Virus record (IMG/VR): IMGVR_UViG_2690316195_000003
Length of the DNA: 49,242 nucleotides
Reading direction: 5' to 3' (one strand)
Source: a virus
Taxonomy: Duplodnaviria; Heunggongvirae; Uroviricota; Caudoviricetes
Part shown: one piece after another, positions 39,345-49,242 of the stretch
Layout: every line of letters starts with the position of its first letter
How positions within the stretch are numbered: position 1 is the stretch's first letter
Program-made: the position numbers and the translations under genes
The notes under the pieces: generated by a model
The model's input: the letters and a program-made list of their open reading frames with translations, nothing else
What the model was told of the DNA's origin: nothing
The model's database searches: none

Positions 39345-39596
39345 ATGTCTTTTACATTTGATAAGTCTGCTCCATTCCCCCAAAAATTTTGGGTGGACAG
39401 TATTACTGGAACCGAGTCAAAAATTTTTAGCACCTCAGGAATGCTCAATCGCGGAGGAGTAAAAATACTTGCCCAGGAATTCCACACACAGGAGCTAAAT
39501 TACGGGGCTTATCACAAACTAGAGTTGATAATGGATGCAACCCAAATTGATGAACTGATCGTTGCCCTACAAAAGCTAAAAGAAAAGATGTCATAA
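39345..39596 (+). CDS. hypothetical protein (antisense-embedded moron candidate)
   Basis: 83-aa ORF with strong ribosome-binding site aaaggagg before the ATG; on the opposite strand to all neighbouring early genes. Confidence 0.4.
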   Translation: MSFTFDKSAPFPQKFWVDSITGTESKIFSTSGMLNRGGVKILAQEFHTQELNYGAYHKLELIMDATQIDELIVALQKLKEKMS

Positions 39597-39899
39597 TCAC
39601 CCCCTAAAAATTACGTGGCGCAGCGGTTGAGCTTTGCTGTAGTCGATCTCATCGCCATACTCAATATCAAGAGCTTGTCCCTGCGCCAGTTCCATCCACC
39701 GAATGTGTTCTGCGGCTTTTTCTTTATCTTTGATATTGATGAACAACAGCGTTGACGAGGGATACCCGTTAACAAGATGGCGATGCAGAGAGAGTCGTAT
39801 GGCATACCAGGCAACATTTCGGGCTATACGCTGAAGCAATGTTTCGCCTTCCAGTGTTTTAAGTCGGTATTTTTTCAGTTCATATTTTTCCATCACCAC
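39597..39899 (-). CDS. hypothetical protein
   Basis: 100-aa ORF starting 7 bp after the YdaT-like gene stop; its stop abuts the stop of the convergent 83-aa gene. Confidence 0.35.
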   Translation of the reverse strand: MVMEKYELKKYRLKTLEGETLLQRIARNVAWYAIRLSLHRHLVNGYPSSTLLFINIKDKEKAAEHIRWMELAQGQALDIEYGDEIDYSKAQPLRHVIFRG

Positions 39900-39905
39900 A
39901 TCACC

Positions 39906-40328
39906 TTAATGAACAACAACAGAATCGCCGGACGAACCACCGCCGCTGAAATGCGCTTTCCGGTAAACGGCCTGGACTGCATCATCATGCGCATCAATTG
40001 CCGTACTTAACGCTTCCTGCGCCGCCAGTAATGCACGGCGTTCCAGGGTATCGAAGATGCAGAGTCGGTGACGCAACTCGCGCGGAAGGATTGCCAGAAT
40101 TGCTGGGATCAGCTTCTGAATTTTTTCTCTTTGCGTTTTCGTTTCACCTTTCAACCAACGGTGATAGATATTCTGCTGATTGTTCCAGTCCTTGCCTGGA
40201 ACCAGGGGCAATTCGCCGCCCCCCTGGCGCAGATATTCTTCAGTAATTGCATTGGCTACCCATGCCTGCCCTTTTTCGGCTGCCAGGGCAAACAACACTG
40301 ATTCGATGTGCTCATGCTTGATTTTCAT
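39906..40328 (-). CDS. YdaT-like protein (Rac prophage CII-position protein)
   Basis: N-terminus MKIKHEHIESVLFALAAEKG...; 140 aa; immediately downstream of the Cro-like gene. Confidence 0.55.
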   Translation of the reverse strand: MKIKHEHIESVLFALAAEKGQAWVANAITEEYLRQGGGELPLVPGKDWNNQQNIYHRWLKGETKTQREKIQKLIPAILAILPRELRHRLCIFDTLERRALLAAQEALSTAIDAHDDAVQAVYRKAHFSGGGSSGDSVVVH

Positions 40329-40350
40329 GAATCATTTGCCTCTTGATGTT

Positions 40351-40647
40351 TCAGGTATGATCAAATGAGGATTTGTTACTGTCATTTAGTTGCTTCACTG
40401 ACATATTCTGCGAACAACATGCCGAACGTCGTAAATATGACCAGTCAATATCAGGACGAAGCTCTTCGCACAGAACCTCACCTCTTGTTGCTCGTTCAAT
40501 TGCTGGACATCTCTCGGCAGGCAATTGACGTACCCCTTTGATCCATTGATTTACGCTTGGAGGTGATACACCTAAAAGCCTAGCCATTGCTGATTGCCCA
40601 CCGACAACAGCACAAGCTTGCTTGAATGAATAGTTCTCTTTTTTCAT
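40351..40647 (-). CDS. Cro-like HTH regulator (YdaS-like)
   Basis: 98-aa protein with helix-turn-helix (ACAVVGGQSAMARLLGVSPPSVNQWIKG); divergent from the repressor gene. Confidence 0.6.
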   Translation of the reverse strand: MKKENYSFKQACAVVGGQSAMARLLGVSPPSVNQWIKGVRQLPAERCPAIERATRGEVLCEELRPDIDWSYLRRSACCSQNMSVKQLNDSNKSSFDHT

Positions 40648-40675
40648 CGAATGAACTCCAAAAACACACAGAAAT

Positions 40676-40755
40676 ATTAGGCGACGCCTAACATAAATGT
40701 CAATAGGCTATGCCTAATGCGATAAAGGTAGGGATTGCCTAATGCAATGAGCATA
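40676..40755. promoter_or_regulatory. operator cluster in the divergent promoter region (OR-like)
   Basis: Palindromes TTAGGCGACGCCTAA and TAGGCTATGCCTA plus a third partial site, between the Cro-like and repressor genes. Confidence 0.55.
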
Positions 40756-40770
40756 GGAGAATATTAAGCA

Positions 40771-41247
40771 ATGCTTAGTGGTAAAGACTTAGGCCGAGCG
40801 ATAGAGCAGGCCATTAACAAAAAAATCGCATCGGGATCCGTCAAATCAAAGGCGGAGGTCGCACGCCACTTCAAAATCCAACCACCATCAATTTATGACT
40901 GGATTAAGAAAGGCTCCATAAGTAAAGATAAACTTCCAGAATTATGGCGTTTCTTTTCTGATGTTGTTGGTCCAGAGCATTGGGGGCTTAACGAATACCC
41001 CATACCAACCCCCACCAATTCAGATACAAAAAGTGAACTTTTAGATATAAACAACCTTTATCAAGCAGCCTCTGATGAAATAAGAGCGATTGTAGCTTTC
41101 CTGTTATCTGGAAATGCTACAGAACCAGATTGGGTTGACCACGATGTTCGCGCCTACATAGCAGCGATGGAAATGAAAGTGGGTAAGTATCTGAAAGCTC
41201 TAGAATCTGAACGGAAAAGCCAGAACATCACAAAAACTGGAACTTAA
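40771..41247 (+). CDS. racR: prophage repressor (RacR-like)
   Basis: 158-aa protein with N-terminal helix-turn-helix (MLSGKDLGRAIEQAINKK...AEVARHFKIQPPSIYDWIKKG); divergent from the Cro-like gene; flanked by operator palindromes. Confidence 0.65.
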   Translation: MLSGKDLGRAIEQAINKKIASGSVKSKAEVARHFKIQPPSIYDWIKKGSISKDKLPELWRFFSDVVGPEHWGLNEYPIPTPTNSDTKSELLDINNLYQAASDEIRAIVAFLLSGNATEPDWVDHDVRAYIAAMEMKVGKYLKALESERKSQNITKTGT

Positions 41248-41320
41248 ACTTATATGGTCTGACGGAAAACTCCTGGATTCCGTTATTTAACCCCCCATCA
41301 CTTTCTCCTGTCGCCATCAC

Positions 41321-41385
41321 CTATTAGGTTACACCCAAAACATTAGGCATAGCCTATTGACAATCAATTAGGCATTACCTATAGT
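41321..41385. promoter_or_regulatory. second operator cluster (OL-like)
   Basis: ATTAGGCATAGCCTAT is the reverse complement of the site at 40704-40719; an additional partial copy is adjacent. Confidence 0.45.
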
Positions 41386-41554
41386 TCCAGCATACCACCC
41401 ACCCCGCCCCACAGAACGCCGGGCAATACTTCGAGTTACCAGGCAGTGGTAAGGGGTTAAGTAGCCAGCCCGAGGCGTATGAACATGACGGCGGGATTCA
41501 AATTTTGCAGTGCAGCAGTTAGTTCCGCCACCCGGCGTTAAGGGGAGAGATAAG

Positions 41555-41689
41555 ATGGTGCATTACGAAGTAGTTCAGTATTTGATGGATTGTTGCGATA
41601 TCACTTACAGCCAGGCTGTACAGGCTCTACGCAGCAACGACTGGGATCTCTGGCAGGCAGAAGCCTCTATCCGCAACAACAAAATGTGA
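41555..41689 (+). CDS. small early protein (44 aa)
   Basis: ATG preceded by aggggagaga ribosome-binding site; MVHYEVVQYLMDCCDITYSQAVQALRSNDWDLWQAEASIRNNKM. Confidence 0.3.
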   Translation: MVHYEVVQYLMDCCDITYSQAVQALRSNDWDLWQAEASIRNNKM

Positions 41690-41699
41690 GGTGCGAAAA

Positions 41700-41852
41700 A
41701 TGCAAAAAATCGACCTCGGCAATAACGAATCCCTGGTGTGCGGCGTGTTCCCCAACCAGGATGGAACGTTCACCGCCATGACGTATACCAAAAGCAAGAC
41801 ATTCAAAACTGAAACGGGCGCACGTCGCTGGCTTGCCAGAAATACTTGCTAA
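41700..41852 (+). CDS. small early protein (50 aa)
   Basis: ORF starting 10 bp after the previous stop; MQKIDLGNNESLVCGVFPNQDGTFTAMTYTKSKTFKTETGARRWLARNTC. Confidence 0.3.
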   Translation: MQKIDLGNNESLVCGVFPNQDGTFTAMTYTKSKTFKTETGARRWLARNTC

Positions 41853-42260
41853 TCCATTATTTGGATTAATTCAATATTCTCGCTGTAGGGGTATAGCAGA
41901 AACCACCAAAGCCCGGAGGTGGTGAAATAAAACCGGGCACAACACGAAGTCGCATTTCCGATATCCATAAAGAGTCGGTCTTGTCTGTTAAATTTAAATG
42001 GTGGGAGTGCGCCTCCGGTTGTGGATAACAACACTGCTGTGTGTAGTCTTGGCGGCATCAGTTTTTTCTTGAAGTTCGACTGATGTCCGCCCTTTTTAAA
42101 GTGAATTTTGTGATGCGGTGAATGCGGCTAAGCGCACGCGGCACAGTTAAAAGTCATGTTAGTCCTTATTGGTTTGGGTGGGAAAGCCGACTGTAATTGT
42201 TAACTGGTTGCAGTCACCTGGAGGCACTAGGCACCGCATCAACAAAGTTCATTTGTAAAA

Positions 42261-42494
42261 ATGGAGATAATTATGATTGCACATCACTTCGGAACTGATG
42301 AAATACCACGTCAGTGTGTGACTCCTGGTGACTATATTCTTCATGAAGGCCGGACATATATTGCCTCGGCAAACAATATTAAAAAGCGAAAACTTTATAT
42401 TCGTAACCTGACTACAAAAACATGCATTACTGACTGCATGATTAAAGTCTTCCTCGGTCGTGATGGTTTACCTGTAAAGGCGGAGTCATGGTGA
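42261..42494 (+). CDS. hypothetical early protein
   Basis: 77-aa ORF; overlaps the next gene via ATGGTGA. Confidence 0.35.
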   Translation: MEIIMIAHHFGTDEIPRQCVTPGDYILHEGRTYIASANNIKKRKLYIRNLTTKTCITDCMIKVFLGRDGLPVKAESW

Positions 42495-42664
42495 TGACTA
42501 AGAAAATAAAATGTGCTTACCACCTTTGCAATAAAGAAATTGAAGAAAGCAAAAGTATTAAAAGACCACTTCATTTCATGCGTGGAGTTATCCCAACGAC
42601 GGAAATGAAAAAATATTGTAGTGAAAGTTGTGCCGAAAAAGACCAGATGGCACACGAACTTTAA
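42488..42664 (+). CDS. small Cys-rich (zinc-ribbon-like) protein
   Basis: 58 aa with Cys pairs CAYHLC and CSESC. Confidence 0.35.
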   Translation: MVMTKKIKCAYHLCNKEIEESKSIKRPLHFMRGVIPTTEMKKYCSESCAEKDQMAHEL

Positions 42665-42738
42665 TTAACTGACTATTCGAAACTGAATTTATGCCAGCAA
42701 TGGCAGGGATTCGCTCAACCTTAATTAAGGAGAAAAAC

Positions 42739-43014
42739 ATGATTACCAATTATGAAGCCACTGTTGTAACTACCGATGACATTGTTCACGAGGTTAATCT
42801 GGAAGGAAAGCGTATTGGCTACGTGATTAAAACAGAAAATAAAGAAACCCCATTCACTGTGGTTGATATCGACGGTCCATCAGGCAACGTAAAAACACTT
42901 GATGAAGGTGTCACAAAAATGTGCCTGGTTCACATCGGAAAGAATCTGCCCGCAGAAAAAAAAGCCGGATTTCTGGCAACTCTGATTGCAATGAAATTAG
43001 GCGGTGAAATCTGA
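42739..43014 (+). CDS. hypothetical early protein
   Basis: 91-aa ORF with strong ribosome-binding site aaggag before the ATG. Confidence 0.4.
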   Translation: MITNYEATVVTTDDIVHEVNLEGKRIGYVIKTENKETPFTVVDIDGPSGNVKTLDEGVTKMCLVHIGKNLPAEKKAGFLATLIAMKLGGEI

Positions 43015-43115
43015 AAGAAATAGCCTGCGCCATACGCAGGCTATGAACAGTGTGTATCCGGCAAGATCATTCACTGAACAAAACGAATTTTAATCTGAGT
43101 TGAGGTTAAAAAACA

Positions 43116-46100
43116 ATGAGCACAAAACCACTCTTCCTGTTACGGAAAGCGAAAAAATCATCCGGTGAACCTGACGTCGTCCTGTGGGCAAGCGACGATT
43201 TTGAATCGACCTGTGCCACTCTGGACTACCTGATCGTTAAGTCAGGTAAAAAACTGAGCAGCTATTTTAAAGCTGTTGCCACGAATTTTCCTGTCGTTAA
43301 TGACCTGCCCGCTGAAGGTGAGATCGATTTTACCTGGAGTGAACGCTATCAACTCAGCAAAGACTCCATGACATGGGAACTAAAACCGGGAGCAGCACCA
43401 GACAACGCTCACTATCAAGGCAATACCAACGTCAACGGCGAAGACATGACTGAGATTGAGGAGAATATGCTACTCCCAATTTCTGGCCAGGAACTGCCCA
43501 TTCGTTGGCTTGCTCAACACGGCAGCGAAAAACCGGTAACGCACGTTTCACGCGACGGACTCCAGGCATTACACATTGCTCGGGCTGAAGAACTACCGGC
43601 TGTTACTGCCCTGGCTGTTTCCCACAAAACCAGCCTGCTCGACCCGCTGGAAATTCGCGATCTCCACAAACTGGTTCGTGACACTGACAAAGTTTTCCCT
43701 AATCCTGGTAATTCAAACCTGGGACTGATAACTGCTTTTTTCGAAGCATACCTGAACGCTGACTACACCGATCGAGGACTGCTGACAAAAGAGTGGATGA
43801 AGGGTAATCGTGTTTCACACATCACTCGCACGGCTTCCGGTGCTAATGCTGGCGGCGGAAACCTCACCGATCGCGGCGAAGGTTTCGTACACGATCTGAC
43901 GTCACTGGCGCGCGACGTAGCCACTGGCGTACTGGCCCGTTCAATGGATCTGGACATCTATAACCTTCATCCGGCACACGCTAAACGCATTGAGGAAATT
44001 ATCGCTGAAAATAAACCACCCTTTTCTGTTTTCCGCGACAAATTCATCACCATGCCTGGCGGGCTGGATTATTCCCGCGCCATCGTGGTTGCGTCCGTAA
44101 AAGAAGCACCAATTGGGATCGAGGTCATCCCCGCGCACGTCACTGAATATCTGAACAAAGTACTGACTGAAACCGATCATGCCAACCCTGATCCGGAAAT
44201 CGTGGATATTGCCTGCGGTCGCTCCTCTGCCCCGATGCCGCAGCGAGTAACAGAAGAAGGAAAACAGGATGATGAAGAAAAACCGCAACCATCTGGAACA
44301 ACGGCAGTTGAACAGGGAGAGGCTGAAACAATGGAACCGGACGCAACTGAACATCATCAGGACACGCAGCCGCTGGATGCTCAGTCACAGGTAAATTCTG
44401 TTGATGCGAAATATCAGGAACTGCGGGCAGAACTCCATGAAGCCCGGAAAAACATTCCATCAAAAAATCCTGTCGATGCCGATAAATTGCTTGCTGCATC
44501 ACGTGGTGAATTTGTTGACGGAATTAGCGACCCGAACGATCCGAAATGGGTTAAGGGGATCCAGACTCGCGATTCTGTGTACCAGAACCAGCCAGAAACG
44601 GAAAAAACCAGCCCGGATGTGAAACAACCTGAGGCAGTAGTGCAACAGGAACCGGAAATAGTCTGCAATGCCTGCGGTCAGACTGGCGGAGATAACTGCC
44701 CTGACTGTGGGGCGGTGACGGGCGACGCAACATACCAGGAAACATTCGATGAAGAGAATCAGGTTGAAGCTAAGGAAAAAGATCCGGTGGAAATGGAAGG
44801 CGCTGAACATCCGCACAATGAGAATGCTGGCAGCGATCCGCATCGTGATTGCAGTGATGAAACTGGTGAAGCGTCAGCTCCTGTAGCAACTGAAATCATG
44901 TGGCCGTCATATTTCGAGCCTGGCCGCTATGAAAACCTCCCGAACGAGGTTTATCACTCCGCCAACGGAATAAGCAGCACGATGCTGAAGGATGCCCGTA
45001 TCAGCCTGATGTATTACCACGGACGGCACATTGCCGGAACTATTCCGAACGAGGAAAGTGATGCACTGCTGCGTGGGCGGATCATTCACAGCTATGTTCT
45101 GGAAACGGATAAATTCGCTGATGAATATGCCATTCCGGTACCGGTTCCTGAATATGTGGTTACTACTTCTAGCGAACTGATCGCCATCATTAAAAAACAC
45201 AATGCCAGTCTGCCAGCACTGATGACACCAGAGCAGATGAAAGAGTGGATCGAAAGCTACAACAGCACTCTTATACAGCCACTGTCTGTAAGTGCCGGGG
45301 CCGAAGAAACAGGCATCCTTTACGGTTCGCTTCCGGTGGAATTTCGGCGTATTCCTGAGGGGGAAAAACACACAGCATCAGCAATGAAAGCCTGTATTAA
45401 AGAATACAACGCAAGCCTCCCTCCTCTGTTGAAAACCAGTGGAGCACGGGAGCAGCTTCTGGATCAAATTGAAACTGTAGACCCAGAACTGGCAAAAAAA
45501 GAACGTGCTAAATCTTTGCCTTACAACATCAGTGGCACAAAAGAGCAATTAACCGAAATCGCACGGAAAATTCGCCCGGAACTGGTGACACTGGAGGACT
45601 GGCAAAAACGCCAGCAAGAAGAAAATGCCGGGAAAACGTTTATCAGTCCTGAGATGTATGAACAGGCAAAAAATATTCACGCGGCACTGCAAAACAATAC
45701 CGATGCAGCAAGGCTACTCAACCACCCGGATCGCAAATCTGAAATCAGCTATTTCGGGTTTGATGAAGAAACCGGGCTGGAAATCAGGGTCCGTCCTGAT
45801 ATCGAAATCCGGCTGCCATACGAAAGCATTTGCGCTGACGTGAAGTCAGTCAGCCTCGGTTATGTGCGACAGGAACGACTTAAAGATCGCCTGCACCGTG
45901 AAATTATTGAGCGTGATTATCACCTCAGCGCCGCAATGTATTGCGATGTGGCAAACCTGGACAAATTTTTCTGGATCTTCGTCAACAAAGATGCTGGCTA
46001 TCACTGGGTGGCAGTCGTGGAAGCCTCGCAGGAACTCCTGGAACTTGGTCGACAGGAATATCGCCGGACGCTACGCCAGATAAACGAAGCCCTGGAGACA

Positions 46101-46187
46101 AACAACTGGCCAGCACCGATTACCGAAAGTTATACCGACGAATTAAACGACTTTGATCTTCGTCGTCTTGAAGCACTGAGCATCTGA
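43116..46187 (+). CDS. recE: exodeoxyribonuclease VIII (RecE), long form
   Basis: N-terminus [26 protein letters not shown]... and overall architecture match Rac RecE as recalled; 1023 aa. Confidence 0.8.
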   Translation: MSTKPLFLLRKAKKSSGEPDVVLWASDDFESTCATLDYLIVKSGKKLSSYFKAVATNFPVVNDLPAEGEIDFTWSERYQLSKDSMTWELKPGAAPDNAHYQGNTNVNGEDMTEIEENMLLPISGQELPIRWLAQHGSEKPVTHVSRDGLQALHIARAEELPAVTALAVSHKTSLLDPLEIRDLHKLVRDTDKVFPNPGNSNLGLITAFFEAYLNADYTDRGLLTKEWMKGNRVSHITRTASGANAGGGNLTDRGEGFVHDLTSLARDVATGVLARSMDLDIYNLHPAHAKRIEEIIAENKPPFSVFRDKFITMPGGLDYSRAIVVASVKEAPIGIEVIPAHVTEYLNKVLTETDHANPDPEIVDIACGRSSAPMPQRVTEEGKQDDEEKPQPSGTTAVEQGEAETMEPDATEHHQDTQPLDAQSQVNSVDAKYQELRAELHEARKNIPSKNPVDADKLLAASRGEFVDGISDPNDPKWVKGIQTRDSVYQNQPETEKTSPDVKQPEAVVQQEPEIVCNACGQTGGDNCPDCGAVTGDATYQETFDEENQVEAKEKDPVEMEGAEHPHNENAGSDPHRDCSDETGEASAPVATEIMWPSYFEPGRYENLPNEVYHSANGISSTMLKDARISLMYYHGRHIAGTIPNEESDALLRGRIIHSYVLETDKFADEYAIPVPVPEYVVTTSSELIAIIKKHNASLPALMTPEQMKEWIESYNSTLIQPLSVSAGAEETGILYGSLPVEFRRIPEGEKHTASAMKACIKEYNASLPPLLKTSGAREQLLDQIETVDPELAKKERAKSLPYNISGTKEQLTEIARKIRPELVTLEDWQKRQQEENAGKTFISPEMYEQAKNIHAALQNNTDAARLLNHPDRKSEISYFGFDEETGLEIRVRPDIEIRLPYESICADVKSVSLGYVRQERLKDRLHREIIERDYHLSAAMYCDVANLDKFFWIFVNKDAGYHWVAVVEASQELLELGRQEYRRTLRQINEALETNNWPAPITESYTDELNDFDLRRLEALSI

Positions 46188-46198
46188 GGAAGGACACA

Positions 46199-47251
46199 AT
46201 GAACGAATTAACTCAACAAGAAAATATTAACTCTAATGTTGCGGTTTTCAGCCCTCAGTCCCTGGCTGCAATTCAGACATTTTCCCAGGTAATGGCTTCC
46301 GGCATGGCTACTGTACCGGAACACCTCCGGGGAAATCCATCAGACTGCATGGCCATCACCATGCAGGCGATGCAGTGGCAAATGAACCCTTACGCAGTAG
46401 CTCAGAAAACTTTCGTTGTGAATGGTGTGCTCGGATATGAAGCGCAACTGGTTAATGCCGTAATCAGTACTCGTGGGCCGCTAACCGGGCGTATTGAATA
46501 TGACTGGTTCGGGCCGTGGGAAAAAATTATCGGGAAATTTGAAATCAGGAAGAGCGACAAAGGGAAAGAATATCGTGTACCTAGCTGGAAGCTGGCCGAT
46601 GAAAACGGGATCGGTGTTCGTGTCCAGGCAACACTACGCGGCGAAAGTAAACCACGCGTACTGGAATTACTTCTGGCGCAGGCCAGAACACGTAACTCAA
46701 CGCTATGGGCCGACGATCCTCGCCAGCAGCTTGCCTATCTAGCGCTGAAACGCTGGGCGCGCCTTTATTGCCCCGAAGTGATTCTTGGAGTGTACACCAG
46801 GGACGAACTGGACGAGCCACAGGAAAAAATCATTAATCCGGTTCAGGAACATAAAAACACTTCCGCTTGCCGCGCGGAACGTGAAACAACAATTATTGAG
46901 CAGGATGCCGGGGAAAACTGGATCGATGCTTTCCGTGAACGTATTGAGCAGGCACAAAGCACCGGGGAAACAACAGCACTTCGCCAGGAAGTGGAAGATC
47001 ATAAAAATACACTTGGCGCTCTCTATACGGAACTTAAAGGAAAAGTGGTTCAGCGTCATCACCGTCTCAATGCTATTGCCCGTATCGAGAAGATGATAAA
47101 TGACCTACCTTCTTCAGGTGATCCAGAAGCAGAACAAAAATTTACTGCTCTGGAAAATACGCTGAATGCTGCCCGGCCACATCTGGGTGAATTATATGAG
47201 GCGTATAAAACGACACTGACAGATATGAAACCAGAATATATCGGCTCCTGA
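46199..47251 (+). CDS. single-strand annealing protein partner of RecE (RecT/Red-beta-like; family uncertain)
   Basis: Occupies the recT position directly after recE; sequence differs from canonical K-12 RecT as recalled. Confidence 0.45.
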   Translation: MNELTQQENINSNVAVFSPQSLAAIQTFSQVMASGMATVPEHLRGNPSDCMAITMQAMQWQMNPYAVAQKTFVVNGVLGYEAQLVNAVISTRGPLTGRIEYDWFGPWEKIIGKFEIRKSDKGKEYRVPSWKLADENGIGVRVQATLRGESKPRVLELLLAQARTRNSTLWADDPRQQLAYLALKRWARLYCPEVILGVYTRDELDEPQEKIINPVQEHKNTSACRAERETTIIEQDAGENWIDAFRERIEQAQSTGETTALRQEVEDHKNTLGALYTELKGKVVQRHHRLNAIARIEKMINDLPSSGDPEAEQKFTALENTLNAARPHLGELYEAYKTTLTDMKPEYIGS

Positions 47252-47314
47252 TATTGACTTTGGCGGTGTAGCCTCACCGCCATCACAAAATTTTATTTTA
47301 TGAGAGAAAAGACA

Positions 47315-47509
47315 ATGCGGTATGAAAAAGTCAAACCATGCCCTTTTTGTGGTTGTCCATCAGTAACGGTGAAAGCCATTTCAGGATATTACCGCGCGAA
47401 GTGTAACGGATGCGAATCCCGAACCGGCTATGGTGGAAGTGAAAAAGAAGCACTCGAACGATGGAATAAACGAACCACTGGAAATAATAATGGAGGTGTT
47501 CATGTATAA
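47315..47509 (+). CDS. lar: restriction alleviation protein Lar
   Basis: 64-aa protein ...KPCPFCGCPSVTVKAISGYYRAKCNGCESRTGYGGSEKEALERWNKR... matches the Lar (RalR) family of Rac. Confidence 0.8.
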   Translation: MRYEKVKPCPFCGCPSVTVKAISGYYRAKCNGCESRTGYGGSEKEALERWNKRTTGNNNGGVHV

Positions 47510-47690
47510 AATTACCGCCACTATTGAAAAGGAAGGTGGCACTCCTACTAACTGGACAAGGTACTCAAAAACAAAATTAACCAAATCAGAATGCGAAAAA
47601 ATGCTCTCAGGTAAAAAAGAAGCAGGCGTTTCCAGAGAGCAGAAAGTAAAACTGATAAATTTTAATTGCGAGCAACTTCAGTCCTCGTGA
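47502..47690 (+). CDS. small early protein (YdaC-position)
   Basis: 62-aa ORF with ribosome-binding site ggagg before the ATG; overlaps the lar stop. Confidence 0.45.
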   Translation: MYKITATIEKEGGTPTNWTRYSKTKLTKSECEKMLSGKKEAGVSREQKVKLINFNCEQLQSS

Positions 47691-47789
47691 ATTGCATTGT
47701 ATTCAAATTAAAACTTCATAGCTGATTATTAATAATCAACATCGGGCGTCAATTTCAGTCTAACATTGGCGCCTGCCAGAGGTGATGCG

Positions 47790-48005
47790 ATGGCACAAGT
47801 AATCTTTAATGAAGAGTGGATGGTTGAATACGGCCTGATGCTTCGCACTGGTCTGGGGGCCAGACAAATTGAAGCATACCGCCAGAACTGTTGGGTGGAG
47901 GGCTTCCACTTCAAACGAGTATCTCCTTTAGGTAAGCCAGACAGCAAACGAGGGATTATCTGGTACAACTATCCAAAGATAAATCAGTTTATCAAAGACT
48001 CATGA
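47790..48005 (+). CDS. excisionase
   Basis: 71-aa protein [44 protein letters not shown]... immediately upstream of the integrase. Confidence 0.7.
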   Translation: MAQVIFNEEWMVEYGLMLRTGLGARQIEAYRQNCWVEGFHFKRVSPLGKPDSKRGIIWYNYPKINQFIKDS

Positions 48006-48006
48006 T

Positions 48007-49242
48007 ATGTCTAAATTACCAACAGGTGTCGAGATTAGAGGTAGAAACATTCGCATCTGGTTCATGTTTCGAGGAAAACGATGTCGGGAAACATTAAAAG
48101 GCTGGGAGATTACAAACAGTAATATTAAAAAGGCCGGAAATTTAAGAGCGCTGATAGTTCATGAAATAAACTCCGGTGAATTTGAGTATTTAAGACGTTT
48201 TCCCCAGTCCAGCACTGGGGCAAAAATGGTGACAACGAGAGTCATAAAAACGTTCGGGGAGCTTTGTGATATCTGGACAAAAATTAAAGAGACAGAGTTA
48301 ACAACAAACACAATGAAGAAAACGAAATCACAATTAAAAACACTCAGAATAATAATTTGTGAAAGTACCCCGATATCATATATTCGTTATAGCGATATCT
48401 TAAACTACCGGAATGAACTGCTGCATGGAGAAACGCTTTACCTGGATAATCCAAGATCCAACAAAAAAGGAAGAACCGTGCGCACAGTTGATAACTATAT
48501 CGCCCTGCTCTGTTCGCTGTTACGTTTTGCGTATCAGTCGGGATTTATATCAACCAAACCATTTGAAGGAGTAAAAAAATTACAGCGAAACAGAATAAAG
48601 CCTGACCCGTTATCTAAAACAGAATTCAATGCATTAATGGAAAGTGAAAAAGGACAGAGCCAAAACTTGTGGAAATTTGCCGTTTACTCCGGGCTTCGTC
48701 ACGGGGAACTGGCAGCTCTGGCGTGGGAGGATGTGGATTTCGAGAAGGGAATTGTGAATGTCAGAAGAAACCTGACGATACTTGATATGTTCGGTCCCCC
48801 AAAAACAAATGCCGGGATCCGGACGGTAACATTACTACAGCCAGCTCTTGAAGCACTGAAGGAGCAATACAAACTGACCGGGCATCATCGCAAAAGCGAA
48901 ATCACTTTTTATCATCGGGAGTACGGCAGAACCGAAAAGCAAAAACTGCATTTTGTTTTCATGCCCAGGATGTGTAACGGAAAACAGAAACCTTATTACT
49001 CGGTAAGCAGTTTGGGTGCGAGATGGAATGCAGCAGTAAAACGTGCTGGTATTCGCCGCCGTAATCCGTACCATACGCGACATACTTTTGCCTGCTGGCT
49101 GTTGACGGCAGGAGCGAACCCGGCATTTATAGCCAGCCAGATGGGGCATGAAACTGCGCAGATGGTGTATGAAATTTACGGTATGTGGATTGATGACATG
49201 AACGACGAACAGGTAGCTATATTGAATGCGCGGTTATCGTAG
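48007..49242 (+). CDS. intR: tyrosine integrase (Rac IntR-like)
   Basis: 411-aa protein with C-terminal catalytic region (...RHGELAALAWEDVDF...HTRHTFACWLLTAGANPAFIASQMGHET...Y...); stop codon is the last 3 nt of the window. Confidence 0.85.
   Translation: MSKLPTGVEIRGRNIRIWFMFRGKRCRETLKGWEITNSNIKKAGNLRALIVHEINSGEFEYLRRFPQSSTGAKMVTTRVIKTFGELCDIWTKIKETELTTNTMKKTKSQLKTLRIIICESTPISYIRYSDILNYRNELLHGETLYLDNPRSNKKGRTVRTVDNYIALLCSLLRFAYQSGFISTKPFEGVKKLQRNRIKPDPLSKTEFNALMESEKGQSQNLWKFAVYSGLRHGELAALAWEDVDFEKGIVNVRRNLTILDMFGPPKTNAGIRTVTLLQPALEALKEQYKLTGHHRKSEITFYHREYGRTEKQKLHFVFMPRMCNGKQKPYYSVSSLGARWNAAVKRAGIRRRNPYHTRHTFACWLLTAGANPAFIASQMGHETAQMVYEIYGMWIDDMNDEQVAILNARLS

Noticed and set aside
41590-42058. 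ORFs 41590..41781 (+) and 41849..42058 (-)
   Set aside because: No ribosome-binding sites, overlap better-supported small genes or non-coding hairpins; composition looks non-coding

Overview
The window is almost entirely one integrated temperate prophage; its right end is the integrase gene, whose stop codon is the last base of the window, so the adjacent attachment site is not visible. All calls are from reading the sequence and recalled family motifs; no database search was run. Right half (36.4-49.2 kb): a Rac-like early/integration region with intR, excisionase, lar, a RecT-like annealing protein, recE, small early genes, a racR/ydaS/ydaT-like immunity switch flanked by palindromic operators, and O/P-like replication genes with internal ori-like repeats. 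Middle (28-32.5 kb): nin-region genes (YbcN/YbcO-like), a Q-like antiterminator with a tR-prime-like terminator, an AraC-family regulator moron, and a lysis cassette (two holin-like proteins, M15 endolysin, lipoprotein). Left half (2.3-28 kb, all minus strand): ParB-like protein, terminase small and large subunits, portal, capsid module, then a contractile-tail module (sheath, tube, tape measure, baseplate, P2-gpH-like tail fiber and assembly protein), followed by a decayed side-tail-fiber remnant and a YadA/Eib-like trimeric autotransporter with tandem coding repeats. Two AT-rich insertions stand out as candidate anti-phage defense cargo: (1) a two-gene AAA+ ATPase plus cytoplasmic S8 subtilase operon at 32.86-36.25 kb, with its own promoter region and terminator, and (2) a single PD-(D/E)xK nuclease-like gene with its own promoter and terminator splitting the baseplate genes at 7.06-8.23 kb. 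No rRNA, tRNA or CRISPR array was seen.
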